Assembly (NCBI GenBank): GCA_047602425.1
Contig: JASGHG010000001.1
Location: forward strand, 3,072,001-3,136,000
Origin: Nibricoccus sp.
GTDB lineage: Bacteria > Verrucomicrobiota > Verrucomicrobiia > Opitutales > Opitutaceae
Direction of reading: 5' to 3'
DNA length: 64,000 nucleotides
Shown here: piece by piece, positions 50,527-60,800 of the stretch
Layout of the letters: every line of letters begins with the position of its first letter
How positions within the stretch are numbered: the stretch's first letter is position 1
Notes under the pieces: model-generated
Told to the model about the DNA's origin: nothing
Database searches by the model: none
Seen by the model: the letters and a program-made list of their open reading frames with translations, nothing else
Translations under genes and position numbers: made by a program

Positions 50527-53500
50527 CTAAGAACCGCTGGCGACCGGTTCGGTTACAATTTGTTGAAGGGCCACAAGATCGGGTTTTCCCGAGCCGAGCA
50601 GTGGGAAGGGAGTTAGGACTTTGATTTGTTTCGGGACGCTGAGGTCAGAGAGACCTTTGGCGCGAATGGATTCGCGGACGGCTTCCATGGTGAGCGCGGA
50701 ATCGGCGGTGCAGACGATCAGTTCCTCGCCCTTGGTCGGATGAGGGCGGCTTACGACGGCGACAATGCCGTTGGCGGCGGTTGCTATCGCTTCCTCGACG
50801 GCGGCAAGGGAAACCATTTCGCCGGCGATTTTGGCGAAGCGTTTGGCGCGGCCGAGGATGGTGACGAAACCCTGTTCATCGAGGGAAACGATGTCACCGG
50901 TGTCGTACCAGTCGTCTGTTTCGGCAAGCTGCCCGGGGCGTTCGGGCAGATAGTAGCCGAGCATACGGTTGGGCCCGCGGAAAAAGAGGCGGCCGCCAGG
51001 GGTGCCGGGCACGGGTTCGAGGCGGTGTTCGATGCCGGGAAGGAAGCGGCCGACGGTTCCGGGTTTATTGGAAAGCGGCGTGTTCATCGCGAGTCCGGGA
51101 GCGGCCTCGGTGGTGCCATAGCCTTCGAAAATGCGAATGCCGAACCTTTCGTTCCACAACTTTTGCGTGGCGGCCTGGAGTTTTTCCGCGCCGGCGAAAA
51201 CGTAGCGGAGCGAATAGAAATCGTAGCTGTGGGCCTTGCGTGCGTAGCCGTTGAGAAAGGAATTTGTGGCGAAGAAGATCGTGGCATTGGTGCTGTAGAT
51301 GAATTCGGGGATCACTCCGTAGTGCAGCGGCGTGGGATAAAGGACGGCGCGAGCACCCGACAGCAACGGCAACAGCATGCCACCAGTAAAGCCGAAGGCG
51401 TGAAAGAGCGGCAAGGCGTTGAAAACACAGTCCGTATGCGAAAAGTCGATACGTGCGCGGAGCTGGGCCACGTTGGCGAGGAGATTGCGATGGGAAAGCA
51501 CGACGGCTTTGGGCAGGCCCGACGAGCCGGACGTGAACATGATCGCGGCGCGCGGATCCATGCCGCGCGAAATCCAGTTGAGCTCGTGGCGCTCGTAGTA
51601 CCCGGTGAGGAAAAACTGCATCCAGGCCGCGCGGAGTTTCCAGAGAAAGGTGGGCTTGAAGTCCTCAAGATAAAGCAAGCGGACGCTCGCTTTGGCGAGA
51701 GCGGCGGCGAGTTCCTCAAGTTTGGCGGTTTCTATGAATTTGCGCGATGTAATGACAGTTCGAATACCGGCGGTGCGAACGGTCGACTCGAAGGCCGTGA
51801 GGCCCATGGTGAAATTGAGCCAGGCAGGAATGCGATGGCCGAATTGCAGACCGAGAAACGCCAATGCGCCTTCCTTGCTGGTTGGCAGCATGAGCCCTAC
51901 GACGTTGCCGGATTCGGTGTACTCGTTGAAACGGGTGCCGAGGTAGGCGGAACGGCTGAGAATTTGCGCGTAGTCGAGATTTATATGATCATGAGACGTC
52001 CACATCGTGCGGCTACCACCGTGGCGGCGGGAGGCAACGACGAGTTCGCGGAAAATCGAGTGATCGGGAATTTGGGCGGCGCTGGCGCTTTCGGTCAGCA
52101 AATTATAGATGAACGGAGTGGCTTCGTCGCGCGCGGCGGATTCGGGAAGCGTTTTGGCCGGGCTAATCGTGAGCGTGATGCGCGGGAACCAGCGTTTGCG
52201 ATATTTCGCGCCGAGACGGGTGAAAAGCGAGAGATGGGCGCCGTCGATATGAACAGGAATGATTTTTGCGCCGGTTTTCTGGGCAATGAAGCCGGCGCCA
52301 TCGTAAATTTTCATCAACCCGCCGGTCGTGCTGAGGCGACCCTCGGGAAAGATAGCGACTGGTTCGTTACGCTCCACGCAGGCGCAAAGCGTTTTGAGCG
52401 CGAGCGGTTCGAGCGGATTGAGAGGGTGGGCGGTCACCCATTTGATAAACGGTTTGACCCAGCGCAAAGTGGCGACTTGCGAGTGAACGGCGAAAACCGG
52501 AGTTTCGGGCAGATAAACGGCGAGCAGCGCCGCATCCAGCCAGGAGGTGTGATTGGCGATGATGAGCCGGCGGCCCTCGGCGGGGAAATTTTCCAGACCA
52601 CGAACTTCAACGCGGAAGATAAGGCGGAGGGCGACGCGCGCGACCGTATGAAGCACCGACTCGGGCACGAGCCAGATCATATAAATGGCGGCGGCGAAAT
52701 TGCCGAGGCCAAGAACCCAAAGCAGCGCCATCGGACGCGGGTCGAGCAGGTTTATGACAATTGCGAGGATCGAAGCCGCCACCATGAAAACGGCGTTCAT
52801 GATATTATTGGCGGAGATGACGCGGCCGCGCTGGTCGGCCGGGCTGCGATGCTGCATGAGCGTATAGAGAGGCACGGCATAAACGCCGCCAGCGATGCCA
52901 ATGCCGGACGTTATCACATACAGGGCGACGTCGAGATGTGCACCCGCGAACCGGTCGGCGGCAATCCACAGCATCACAAATGCGCTCATCGCCAGGCCTG
53001 CGAGCGGAACATACGTGGCGCGGATTTTTCCATGGGTGAGTTTCATTCCGACGAACGAGCCCACGCCCACGCCGATGGCGAAACAGAGCAGAAACTGCGT
53101 AACGCCTTCAGGATCCCGATGGAGAACGTCCTTGATGTAGATGGGAAGAAAATTAAGCAGAACCGCACCAAATCCCCAGAACCAGGAAATGCCGAGCACG
53201 GTGCGCCAGAGCACGGGGATTTGGCGGATGGTGCGTAACGCGTCCGTGGCGGAGCGTGTGAACGCACGCAAACTCCAAGGTGAGTACGCCGGCTGGGTCG
53301 AGGCCGGGGCGGACGGAAGAAAAAAAGCCGAAACGCAGCCGACCACGCCAAGTCCCAGCATGAGCAGAGCGACGAAATTGCGGTCCCCCGCGGAGACGGC
53401 GGCCTGGCCGCCGATATAGGTGCCGGTGACAATGGCGATGAATGAAGCGCCCTCGAACCAGGCATTACCAGCAACAAGTTCCTTTTCTTCGAGATAAAAG

Positions 53501-53883
53501 GGAAGCAATCCATATTTCAGCGGACCGAAGAGCGCCGAAATAACTCCAAGGGAAATGATCACGGCCCACATGCCGTAGAAGCTTTGGAAGTGCAGGGCGG
53601 CGGCGGCTCCAGCCATGACAAACGCCTCGAAAATCTTAAGGCGTCTGACGAAGAGATCGCGTGCCCAAATATCGGATACATACCCGGCCCAGCCAGAGAC
53701 CAGGACAAACGGCAGGATAAACAGGCCCAGGATCAACTGAACGGTGTGGCTTGGATTCCAGCCGTGGGCAGCCGCAAGGCCGAACGTGCTGAGCATGACG
53801 AAAGCGTTTTTAAAAACGTTATCGCAAAAGGCCCCAACAAATTGGGTTACAAAGAGCGGCAGGAAGCGGCGGGAAAAGAGCAT
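50527..53883 (-). CDS. aas: Aas-type fusion: MFS (LplT) - PlsC acyltransferase - acyl-ACP synthetase
   Basis: TQFVGAFCDNVFK (MFS), NHTSWLD and FPEGR, FTSGSSGLPK, EGYGTTE, YDTGD, RFAKIAGEMVSL. Confidence 0.9.
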   Translation of the reverse strand: MLFSRRFLPLFVTQFVGAFCDNVFKNAFVMLSTFGLAAAHGWNPSHTVQLILGLFILPFVLVSGWAGYVSDIWARDLFVRRLKIFEAFVMAGAAAALHFQSFYGMWAVIISLGVISALFGPLKYGLLPFYLEEKELVAGNAWFEGASFIAIVTGTYIGGQAAVSAGDRNFVALLMLGLGVVGCVSAFFLPSAPASTQPAYSPWSLRAFTRSATDALRTIRQIPVLWRTVLGISWFWGFGAVLLNFLPIYIKDVLHRDPEGVTQFLLCFAIGVGVGSFVGMKLTHGKIRATYVPLAGLAMSAFVMLWIAADRFAGAHLDVALYVITSGIGIAGGVYAVPLYTLMQHRSPADQRGRVISANNIMNAVFMVAASILAIVINLLDPRPMALLWVLGLGNFAAAIYMIWLVPESVLHTVARVALRLIFRVEVRGLENFPAEGRRLIIANHTSWLDAALLAVYLPETPVFAVHSQVATLRWVKPFIKWVTAHPLNPLEPLALKTLCACVERNEPVAIFPEGRLSTTGGLMKIYDGAGFIAQKTGAKIIPVHIDGAHLSLFTRLGAKYRKRWFPRITLTISPAKTLPESAARDEATPFIYNLLTESASAAQIPDHSIFRELVVASRRHGGSRTMWTSHDHINLDYAQILSRSAYLGTRFNEYTESGNVVGLMLPTSKEGALAFLGLQFGHRIPAWLNFTMGLTAFESTVRTAGIRTVITSRKFIETAKLEELAAALAKASVRLLYLEDFKPTFLWKLRAAWMQFFLTGYYERHELNWISRGMDPRAAIMFTSGSSGLPKAVVLSHRNLLANVAQLRARIDFSHTDCVFNALPLFHAFGFTGGMLLPLLSGARAVLYPTPLHYGVIPEFIYSTNATIFFATNSFLNGYARKAHSYDFYSLRYVFAGAEKLQAATQKLWNERFGIRIFEGYGTTEAAPGLAMNTPLSNKPGTVGRFLPGIEHRLEPVPGTPGGRLFFRGPNRMLGYYLPERPGQLAETDDWYDTGDIVSLDEQGFVTILGRAKRFAKIAGEMVSLAAVEEAIATAANGIVAVVSRPHPTKGEELIVCTADSALTMEAVRESIRAKGLSDLSVPKQIKVLTPFPLLGSGKPDLVALQQIVTEPVASGS

Positions 53884-53901
53884 GATAGTGGTTGAAGAAA
53901 A

Positions 53902-55230
53902 TTACGCAGCGCTGGAGGTATTGCGCAGTTGCAGCCGGCGTCGGAAATAGGACCGGCGTCGGTGTTCGGTAAATTCCGCGGAATACACCTTGCCGGCGAG
54001 CTCGAAAAATCCGCGGCGCAAAACCTCGGCTGACATGTTTTTCGGCTGAAAAACGATGTCGAACAGCGTGCATTTGTTCCAGACGTGAGGTTCGACCAGA
54101 CGTCCTTCCTGGGAGAGACGGGTATAGAGCGGTGTTCCCGGGAAAGGTGTCATTACCGTGAGTTGCACTTCGTAGAGTTCGCTTTGTTGAATGAATTCCC
54201 AGAGGCGTTCGAAGGAAGCGGGTGTATGCCGATCGAGACCGAGTACGAAGCAACCATTGACGGTGATGCCATGATCTTGAATGCGGCGAATGGCATCGAG
54301 GTAATGCGTGCGCTGACGGGCTTTCCAATTTCCTTTCAGCTCGATTCCTTCGGTGGCGTCGTCGGGGTCTTCGAGTCCAACCAAGATTTGCGCGCAACCC
54401 GCATCGTGCATTTTCTGCAGGAGAGCGTCGTCTTGAGCGACCGAGATGTCGGTTTCAGTAAACCAGCGGATATTTTCAGGAATGAGCGCATCCACCAAGG
54501 CGTGGCCATGACGGCGATCGGCGAAGGTGTTATCGTCGGCAAATTCAATGAATGGCGTTGGCCAGAATTCCTTGATGCGATGAAGTTCGGCAATGACTTT
54601 GGCGATGGGTTTGGTGCGGTAGGAGTGGTTTAGCCGAACGGAAGCTGCGCAAAATTCGCAATTCCAGGGACAGCCGCGGGCGGTCTGGATGGTGAGACGA
54701 TTGTAACGAGAAACGTCGAGAAGGTCGAAACGCGGCATCGGAGCTTCTGCGAGATCGAAAGGTCCGGACGCCCGGTACCGTGGACGGAGCTCGTTATTTT
54801 CGAGATCGCGCAGTAGGGCTGGCCAGACTGGTTCGGCTTCGCCGATAACGATGGCGTCGGCGTGGTGCGCGGCCTCGTCGGGACAGAGTGTGACGTGGAG
54901 TCCGCCGAGAATCACCCGCGTGCCCTGTCGCCGATAGCGTCCGGCGAGGACGTAGGCGTCGTCAATCATCGCTGTAAAACTGGAAATGGCCACGACGTCG
55001 AACGGACCGGGGAGATTTGCCTCGATTTCGGGTGCATGAATATCGGGGACTTCAACATAGGAAATTTCGTGGGACGAAGGCGTCAGGCCTGCAAGGGTGA
55101 GGAGACCGAGACTGGGCAGGGAGGCGATGACTTTGCTGCGCTCGACGAAGCCGGGGAGATTGAGGCCGATGGCAAGGAGTTCGGCATCTGCGGCGCGAAC
55201 TCCGGAAAGAGCAAGGAATCCGATTTTCAT
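53902..55230 (-). CDS. B12-binding-domain radical SAM protein
   Basis: PSLGLLTLAG, GGLHVT, GEAE, ARGCPWNCEFC (CX3CX2C), FADDN, TPFPGTPLY. Start at ATG 55230. Confidence 0.9.
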   Translation of the reverse strand: MKIGFLALSGVRAADAELLAIGLNLPGFVERSKVIASLPSLGLLTLAGLTPSSHEISYVEVPDIHAPEIEANLPGPFDVVAISSFTAMIDDAYVLAGRYRRQGTRVILGGLHVTLCPDEAAHHADAIVIGEAEPVWPALLRDLENNELRPRYRASGPFDLAEAPMPRFDLLDVSRYNRLTIQTARGCPWNCEFCAASVRLNHSYRTKPIAKVIAELHRIKEFWPTPFIEFADDNTFADRRHGHALVDALIPENIRWFTETDISVAQDDALLQKMHDAGCAQILVGLEDPDDATEGIELKGNWKARQRTHYLDAIRRIQDHGITVNGCFVLGLDRHTPASFERLWEFIQQSELYEVQLTVMTPFPGTPLYTRLSQEGRLVEPHVWNKCTLFDIVFQPKNMSAEVLRRGFFELAGKVYSAEFTEHRRRSYFRRRLQLRNTSSAA

Positions 55231-55598
55231 GAGAGATGCACCAAAAGCGTTACGATCCCGGCCAGGGTGCTGCCGGCTGGAATGAAAAACAGATGGCGAA
55301 ACGGCTTCCGCCATGCGGTGAGAAAGCAGTTGAGAGGCATGGCGACCATGGCGACGACGAGGAAACGCGAACCCCAGGTCGTCCATTCGGAGGGTGTAGC
55401 GATACTCAGAGCAAAGAGGATGTTGATCAAACCGATGCCGAAAAAAGCGATATGACCGAGGCGGACCATACGACGGGGGAACGAGTCATAACCGCCAAGC
55501 CAGCCATCACGATGAAAATACAGGCCGATCAACGCGCCGGAGAGAGCGCCGCCGAGAAACCCGGACCAGCCGACGACAAGATTAAGGGAAGAGCTCAT
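55227..55598 (-). CDS. Small 4-TM hypothetical membrane protein
   Basis: Four hydrophobic helices, WLGGYDSFPRRMVRLGHIAFFG. ATGA overlap with the radical SAM gene. Confidence 0.75.
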   Translation of the reverse strand: MSSSLNLVVGWSGFLGGALSGALIGLYFHRDGWLGGYDSFPRRMVRLGHIAFFGIGLINILFALSIATPSEWTTWGSRFLVVAMVAMPLNCFLTAWRKPFRHLFFIPAGSTLAGIVTLLVHLS

Positions 55599-56004
55599 CG
55601 GCTTTGGTGCCGAGGCGAACAAGAACGTCCTCGGTCAATTTTTTTTCGATATCACTGAAAAGACCTTCGAGTTGGTTGAGGCATTTTTCGTAGTCTCTGG
55701 AAGCTTTGCTCCAGAGTGCGCGGCCCTTTGCGGTCAGGGCGACGATGCGCTGTCGTCGGTCCTCTTTGTTTTCGAGATCCACGACCAGACCGTCGCGTGA
55801 CATACGCTTGAGCAGTCCGGTGACGTTGGAAGGATCGACGATGAGACTTGCGGCCAGATCGGAGGCGCGCAGGCCATCTTTTTGATCGGAGAGCAAATTC
55901 ATAACGTTGAATTGCGCGGCGGTCAGGTTGTGCGGAGAAAAGACGCGCTTGGCGGCTTTATCGAGGATCTGAGCGGTTTGGAAAACACGAAGAACGACTT
56001 GCAT
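55582..56004 (-). CDS. MarR family transcriptional regulator
   Basis: LTAAQFNVM, SNVTGLLKRM..DGLV, DRR..VALTAKG. Confidence 0.92.
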   Translation of the reverse strand: MQVVLRVFQTAQILDKAAKRVFSPHNLTAAQFNVMNLLSDQKDGLRASDLAASLIVDPSNVTGLLKRMSRDGLVVDLENKEDRRQRIVALTAKGRALWSKASRDYEKCLNQLEGLFSDIEKKLTEDVLVRLGTKADELFP

Positions 56005-56023
56005 GGCGGAAAATTTGTCAGAG

Positions 56024-56063
56024 AAAGTTGAGTGGTCAAATAAAAAGTTGAATCATCAACTAA
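56024..56063. promoter_or_regulatory. Tandem palindromic operator, probable MarR sites
   Basis: AGTTGA-GTGG-TCAAAT (56026) and AGTTGA-ATCA-TCAACT (56046), 20-bp period, just upstream of marR. Confidence 0.75.
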
Positions 56064-56157
56064 ACATGACATTCACCTGAATGCGCGGTGGTTTCGAAAA
56101 ATATTTTAAGCGGCGACTTGGCGGAAGGCGCGGTTTGCGCATGATCTGGATTTTTCC

Positions 56158-56994
56158 ATGGCCGACGTAACCAGTAGCAATGTAGCTCTTGCAGCGCAGC
56201 CCGAACCGGTGCAGCGGGAAATCACGCGTTTGTGTATCGTAACCGGTTTAACGCTGCTGCAGCACGGCTCGGAAAGCGCCTTGGTGGAATCCCTAACGCG
56301 CCGACTTGGCCTGGCATTGGGGGTGCGCAGCGTGGAGGTGGCGATCATGGCAAACGCGCTGACAGTCACGACCTTAAGTGACGATCATTGCATAACCACG
56401 GTCCGCCGTAATGAGGACCATGGAATCAACATGCATATGGTCACCGAAGTGCAGCGCGCGGTGCTCGATGTGGAGGAGGGGAGGCTCGATGCTACAGGCT
56501 ATCGTGTTCGTTTGGAGGCGATCAGGCCCGAGAAATATCCGCGCTGGTTGGTGGCGTTGATGATTGGTTTTTCGTGCGCTTGTTTTGCGCGATTGGCGCA
56601 AATGAGTTTACCGGCGGTAGAGGACCGGAGTTGGGACTGGAAGGGACTGGGGCTCACGTTCCTAGCGAGCAGCGCGGCCATGTTAACGCGCCAGTTGTTC
56701 GCTGCGCGGCATTTCAATCCGTTGGTGAATTTTTTTGTTTCGGCATTCGTGGCGACTTCGATCGCGGGTCAAGGGGTGATCTATAAGCTCGGACCGCATC
56801 CGAAAATCGCGATGGCGTCTTGTGTATTGTTGCTGGTTCCAGGATTTCCGATGATCAACTCGGTTTCCGATATGGTGAAAGGTTACATCAACACGGGTTT
56901 GTCGCGCGGCATGATGGCGGTGTTGCTGGGTGCGGCGACGTCGGCCGGCATTATTTTGGCGATGACAGTTTGGAATGTATGGGGGTGGCTATGA
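56158..56994 (+). CDS. yjjP: ThrE family exporter subunit (YjjP-like)
   Basis: LLQHGSESALVE, GINMHMVTEVQ, LLLVPGFPMINSVSDMVKG. Confidence 0.85.
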   Translation: MADVTSSNVALAAQPEPVQREITRLCIVTGLTLLQHGSESALVESLTRRLGLALGVRSVEVAIMANALTVTTLSDDHCITTVRRNEDHGINMHMVTEVQRAVLDVEEGRLDATGYRVRLEAIRPEKYPRWLVALMIGFSCACFARLAQMSLPAVEDRSWDWKGLGLTFLASSAAMLTRQLFAARHFNPLVNFFVSAFVATSIAGQGVIYKLGPHPKIAMASCVLLLVPGFPMINSVSDMVKGYINTGLSRGMMAVLLGAATSAGIILAMTVWNVWGWL

Positions 56995-57455
56995 ACACGC
57001 TGATTGAATTTCTGCAAAACATGTTACTCGCCGCGGTGCCGGCAGTGGGCTTTGGACTGGTGTTTAATGTGCCGCGTGGTGCGCTGGTGCTTTGTGCGGC
57101 GGGTGGCGCATTGGGACGAGGACTCCGCTATTTGTTGATCACGGGCGGCCTTCCGATTGAGCCGGCAACATTTGTGGCGGCGTCGGCTGTGAGCCTGCTT
57201 GGCATTTATGTGGCGCAGCGTTTCAGGGCGCATCCCAAAGTTTTTACGGTGGCGGCGATGATTCCGATGATTCCGGGTGTGCCATTTTTTACGGCATTGA
57301 TCGCAGTCGCGGAAATACAACGTCGCGGACTTACGCAGGATTTGTTGAATACCGCGATCAGTTCCGGGCTTCGCACGACGTTTATCGTCGCGGCGCTGGC
57401 GGTGGGGTTGGCTTTGCCGGGGTTACTCTTTTATCGACGAAAACCGGTGGTATGA
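56991..57455 (+). CDS. yjjB: ThrE_2 family exporter subunit (YjjB-like)
   Basis: AVPAVGFGLVFNVP, AHPKVFTVAAMIPMIPG, LFYRRKPVV. ATGA overlap. Confidence 0.85.
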   Translation: MNTLIEFLQNMLLAAVPAVGFGLVFNVPRGALVLCAAGGALGRGLRYLLITGGLPIEPATFVAASAVSLLGIYVAQRFRAHPKVFTVAAMIPMIPGVPFFTALIAVAEIQRRGLTQDLLNTAISSGLRTTFIVAALAVGLALPGLLFYRRKPVV

Positions 57456-57802
57456 AGCTCCTCGCGCGGCGGTAGATGGCCCCCAAGGTGGCCTGTAAGG
57501 CCCTCACGGGGAGTTATCTAGAAAGGAGTTCCTCGGGAGGACCGCTTATCTGTTGACGATAACAAGTCGGTTGCATTAGGTTACAACCAATTGCCTAAGA
57601 TAGACTAAAGAATATTCGTTTACTCGTTTTTTACGGTGTTACCCCTTTTATTACTACCTCAATGGGAGCCCCTTCGCCAGACGCAGAATCGTTTGGCAAC
57701 AGCAGGCATGAAAGCGTGGGGTGAGGTTGTGAATTGTATGAAGCGGCGAATTACGGAGTTGCGGAACAATTGCGTCCTGATCGGGACTGTAGCGGTGATT
57801 CC

Positions 57803-60800
57803 ATGCCAGTGAAAGGATCGCACCCTAACCCCCGTTGGCTTCCGCGTCGCCTGTTGCTGGCGATGTTTTGGCTTCTTGGATGGTTGAGTGCGTACGGTTT
57901 GGATCCAACGCGAAATCCCAGCCAATATCGTTTCGACGAATGGTCGCGCATTGACGGGTTGCCGTATCCGGCGATCCACGAGCTTTATCAAAGTGCCGAT
58001 GGGTTTTTGTGGATAGGAACAAGTTCTGGTGCGGCACGTTTTGACGGCATGAGTTTCAACGTGTTCACGAAGGCGACCGTCCCTGAGATGATCGATGACG
58101 AAGTGCATGCGTTTTGTGAGGACCGCGAAGGGCGGTTGTGGATGGGCACGGGTCGCGGGGTATTGTGGTATCGTGAGGGCAGGTGGTCGCGGCCCTTTAT
58201 GGGCAACGAAATCGACGACCACGCCGTGCATGCTTTCTGGCCCGAGACGGACGGCAGCATTTTAATTGCCCTGAGTGACAAAATCTACCGGTACAGCGAG
58301 GGTCAGGCTGAACAATTGAGACTTTCGGGCGACCCTGTTCTGTCGAAGATCACAGCTTTGTCACGTGGCACCAATGGCGAGCTGCGCATTTTCGGCGAAA
58401 ATTTCGTGCGCGTGCAGGGCGACCAGGCAAAAGTGATTTCCCAGGAAGACGGCTTGGTTTTCAATGAAATCAGGGCAAGCGGCCAGGACGACAACGGAGT
58501 TTTCTGGCTGGGGAGTTCGCGAGGTCTGCAGTCGGTGCAAAAGGACGGGTCGCTGGCACCGTTCGCGCCGCAACGGGGACCTTCGATCAACGCTGTCCGC
58601 AGCCTGTTGGTGGATCACGAACAAAATCTTTGGATCGGCACACCCAATGGACTTTATCGCTATACACGTGGTTCGGTGGAACCGGTGATCGTTCGCGGGG
58701 GCGAACCGCTCAATCATGTGCTCAGTTTGTTTGAGGATCGCGAAGGCAATATTTGGGGCGGCACCGACACCGGCCTGTTCCGCTTGAAGGACGTAAATGT
58801 AACCTCGTTCACGCGGCAGGAAGGACTTCAGTCCAATTCCATTCTCTGCGTGATGCAATCGAGGGACGGTAGCAAATGGGTCGGCACCTGGGGCGGTGGG
58901 CTCACGCATATCACCGATGAAGGCCGCGTAACCTTCAATCGTGCGAATGGCCTGGTCGAAGATGCCATTTCCGGTGTCGTGGAAGACGACCAAGGCGGGC
59001 TTTGGATCTGTTGGTATAGCGAGGGCATCAGCCTTCTGAAGAACGGCAAGTTCACGCATTATCGCAGCCGCGAGGGCTTGAACGAACGTGTTTGCGGAGC
59101 GGGCATGGACGAATCGGGCGCGATGTGGGTGGCGACACTGCATGGCGTCCGCCGGCTGGTGAACGGAGCCTTTGTCGAAGTATCCATTCCAGGAATACAA
59201 ATACCTGGCGCGCTGATGACCGATTCGCGCAAGCGCATCTGGATCGCGGGACGCAGTGGCGTGGGTTACATGGAAAAAGGACGGTGGTCGTTGATCGCCT
59301 CGGAGCCCGATGTCGCGAAACAAAAGATGCCCCGCCAGATTATTGAAGGCGCGGACGGCGATTATTGGATTTTGCGGGATGCCTTGGAGATTCAGCGCAT
59401 TCGCAAGGGTAAGGTTGAAACGTTCACGCTGCCATCCGTGCTCGGCAAGCTCACCTACGGTGGCGTTATCCACAACGGGGAAATCTGGATCACTTATCGC
59501 AACGGCATCTTCCGCGCGGCGCTCAACGAATTTGACGAAGTCGCTGCGGGAGAAAAAGAGCTGATCGAATACGTTTTGTACAACGAAGCCGACGGCATGC
59601 GCAGCCCCGCGCCTAATATTCCTGGGGTGCCCTCCGCCTGCGTCACGCGGGACGGCTCATTGTGGTTTTCCACGAGCAAAGGTATCGCGATCATTCACCC
59701 GGGCCACATCCGCCGGAATACCGTCGCGCCGAACGTGGTGATTCATCAAGTGACGGTCGACAAGGTCGAGCAACCGCTGACGACACTGCGCAATCTTCCT
59801 CCCTGCGACGGCGAACTAGCCTTTTATTTCACGGCGCTGAGCCTCACCGATCCCACGCAAAACCGTTACAAGTATCGGTTGTTTGGATACGACAAACGCT
59901 GGGTCGAAGCTGGAACGCGTCGCGAGGCCCATTACGGCAGCGTGCCGCCCGGCCGTTATCGTTTCCAAGTGATCGCGTGTAACAACGAAGGCGTTTGGAA
60001 TCCGCGCGGCACGGAATGCGAAATCGTGATTGCACCGCATTCCTATCAGACTTGGTGGTTCCGCGCGTTGCTGATTGGTTTGGGACTTTTGCTTTTCTCC
60101 GCCGTGCTTTTCTGGCGCACGCGCACGTTGCGTGGCCGCGAACGAGAATTACGGCGATTGGTTGAGGCTCGCACGCAGGATTTGAAGCAGGCGGTGGCTG
60201 CGGCCGAAGCTGCGAAGGAAGCGGCTGAAGCGGCGAGCCGCGCGAAGAGCGAATTCGTGGCAAACATGAGCCACGAAATCCGCACGCCGATGAATGGTGT
60301 CATTGGCATGACCGAGTTGGCGCTCGGTTTGTCGACTGATCCGGAGCAACGGATGTATCTAAAAACATTGGTTTCCTCGAGCGAAGCGTTGCTGACGGTG
60401 ATTAACGATATTCTGGACTTCTCCAAAATCGAATCAGGTAAACTCACGATCGATCCGATTGCGTTCAATTTTCAGGATTGTGTCGAGGGAGCGGTTGAGG
60501 CGATTGCGGTGCAGGCGGCGCGCAAGAATTTGGAGTTGGTCTGCGATATCGACTCGCAAACGCCCGCGGTGCTTGTGGGCGACGCCGTTCGCATCCGCCA
60601 GGTCGTATTGAATCTTTTGAGCAATGCTCTGAAGTTCACCGAGAGCGGCGAGATCGTCGTGCGTGCGCGGATGGAAAATCAGACCAGCGGTTTCGCCCGC
60701 ATGCATGTTTGCGTTTCCGACACGGGCATTGGCATTCCCGTGGATCGTCAGGAGGCGATTTTCTCCGCCTTTGTGCAGGCCGATAATTCCACGACCCGTC

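Noticed and set aside
50626..53238. 870-aa antisense ORF over aas
   Set aside because: Mirror frame of a clearly recognisable gene. No domain signal.
55231..55386. N-terminal extension of the radical SAM ORF
   Set aside because: It overlaps the 4-TM gene. ATG 55230 gives an ATGA-coupled start.
57456..57802. Possible sRNA or operator in the AT-rich spacer before the hybrid kinase
   Set aside because: Only short weak palindromes (GGTTG...CAACC, TTAGG...CCTAA). Not supportable.
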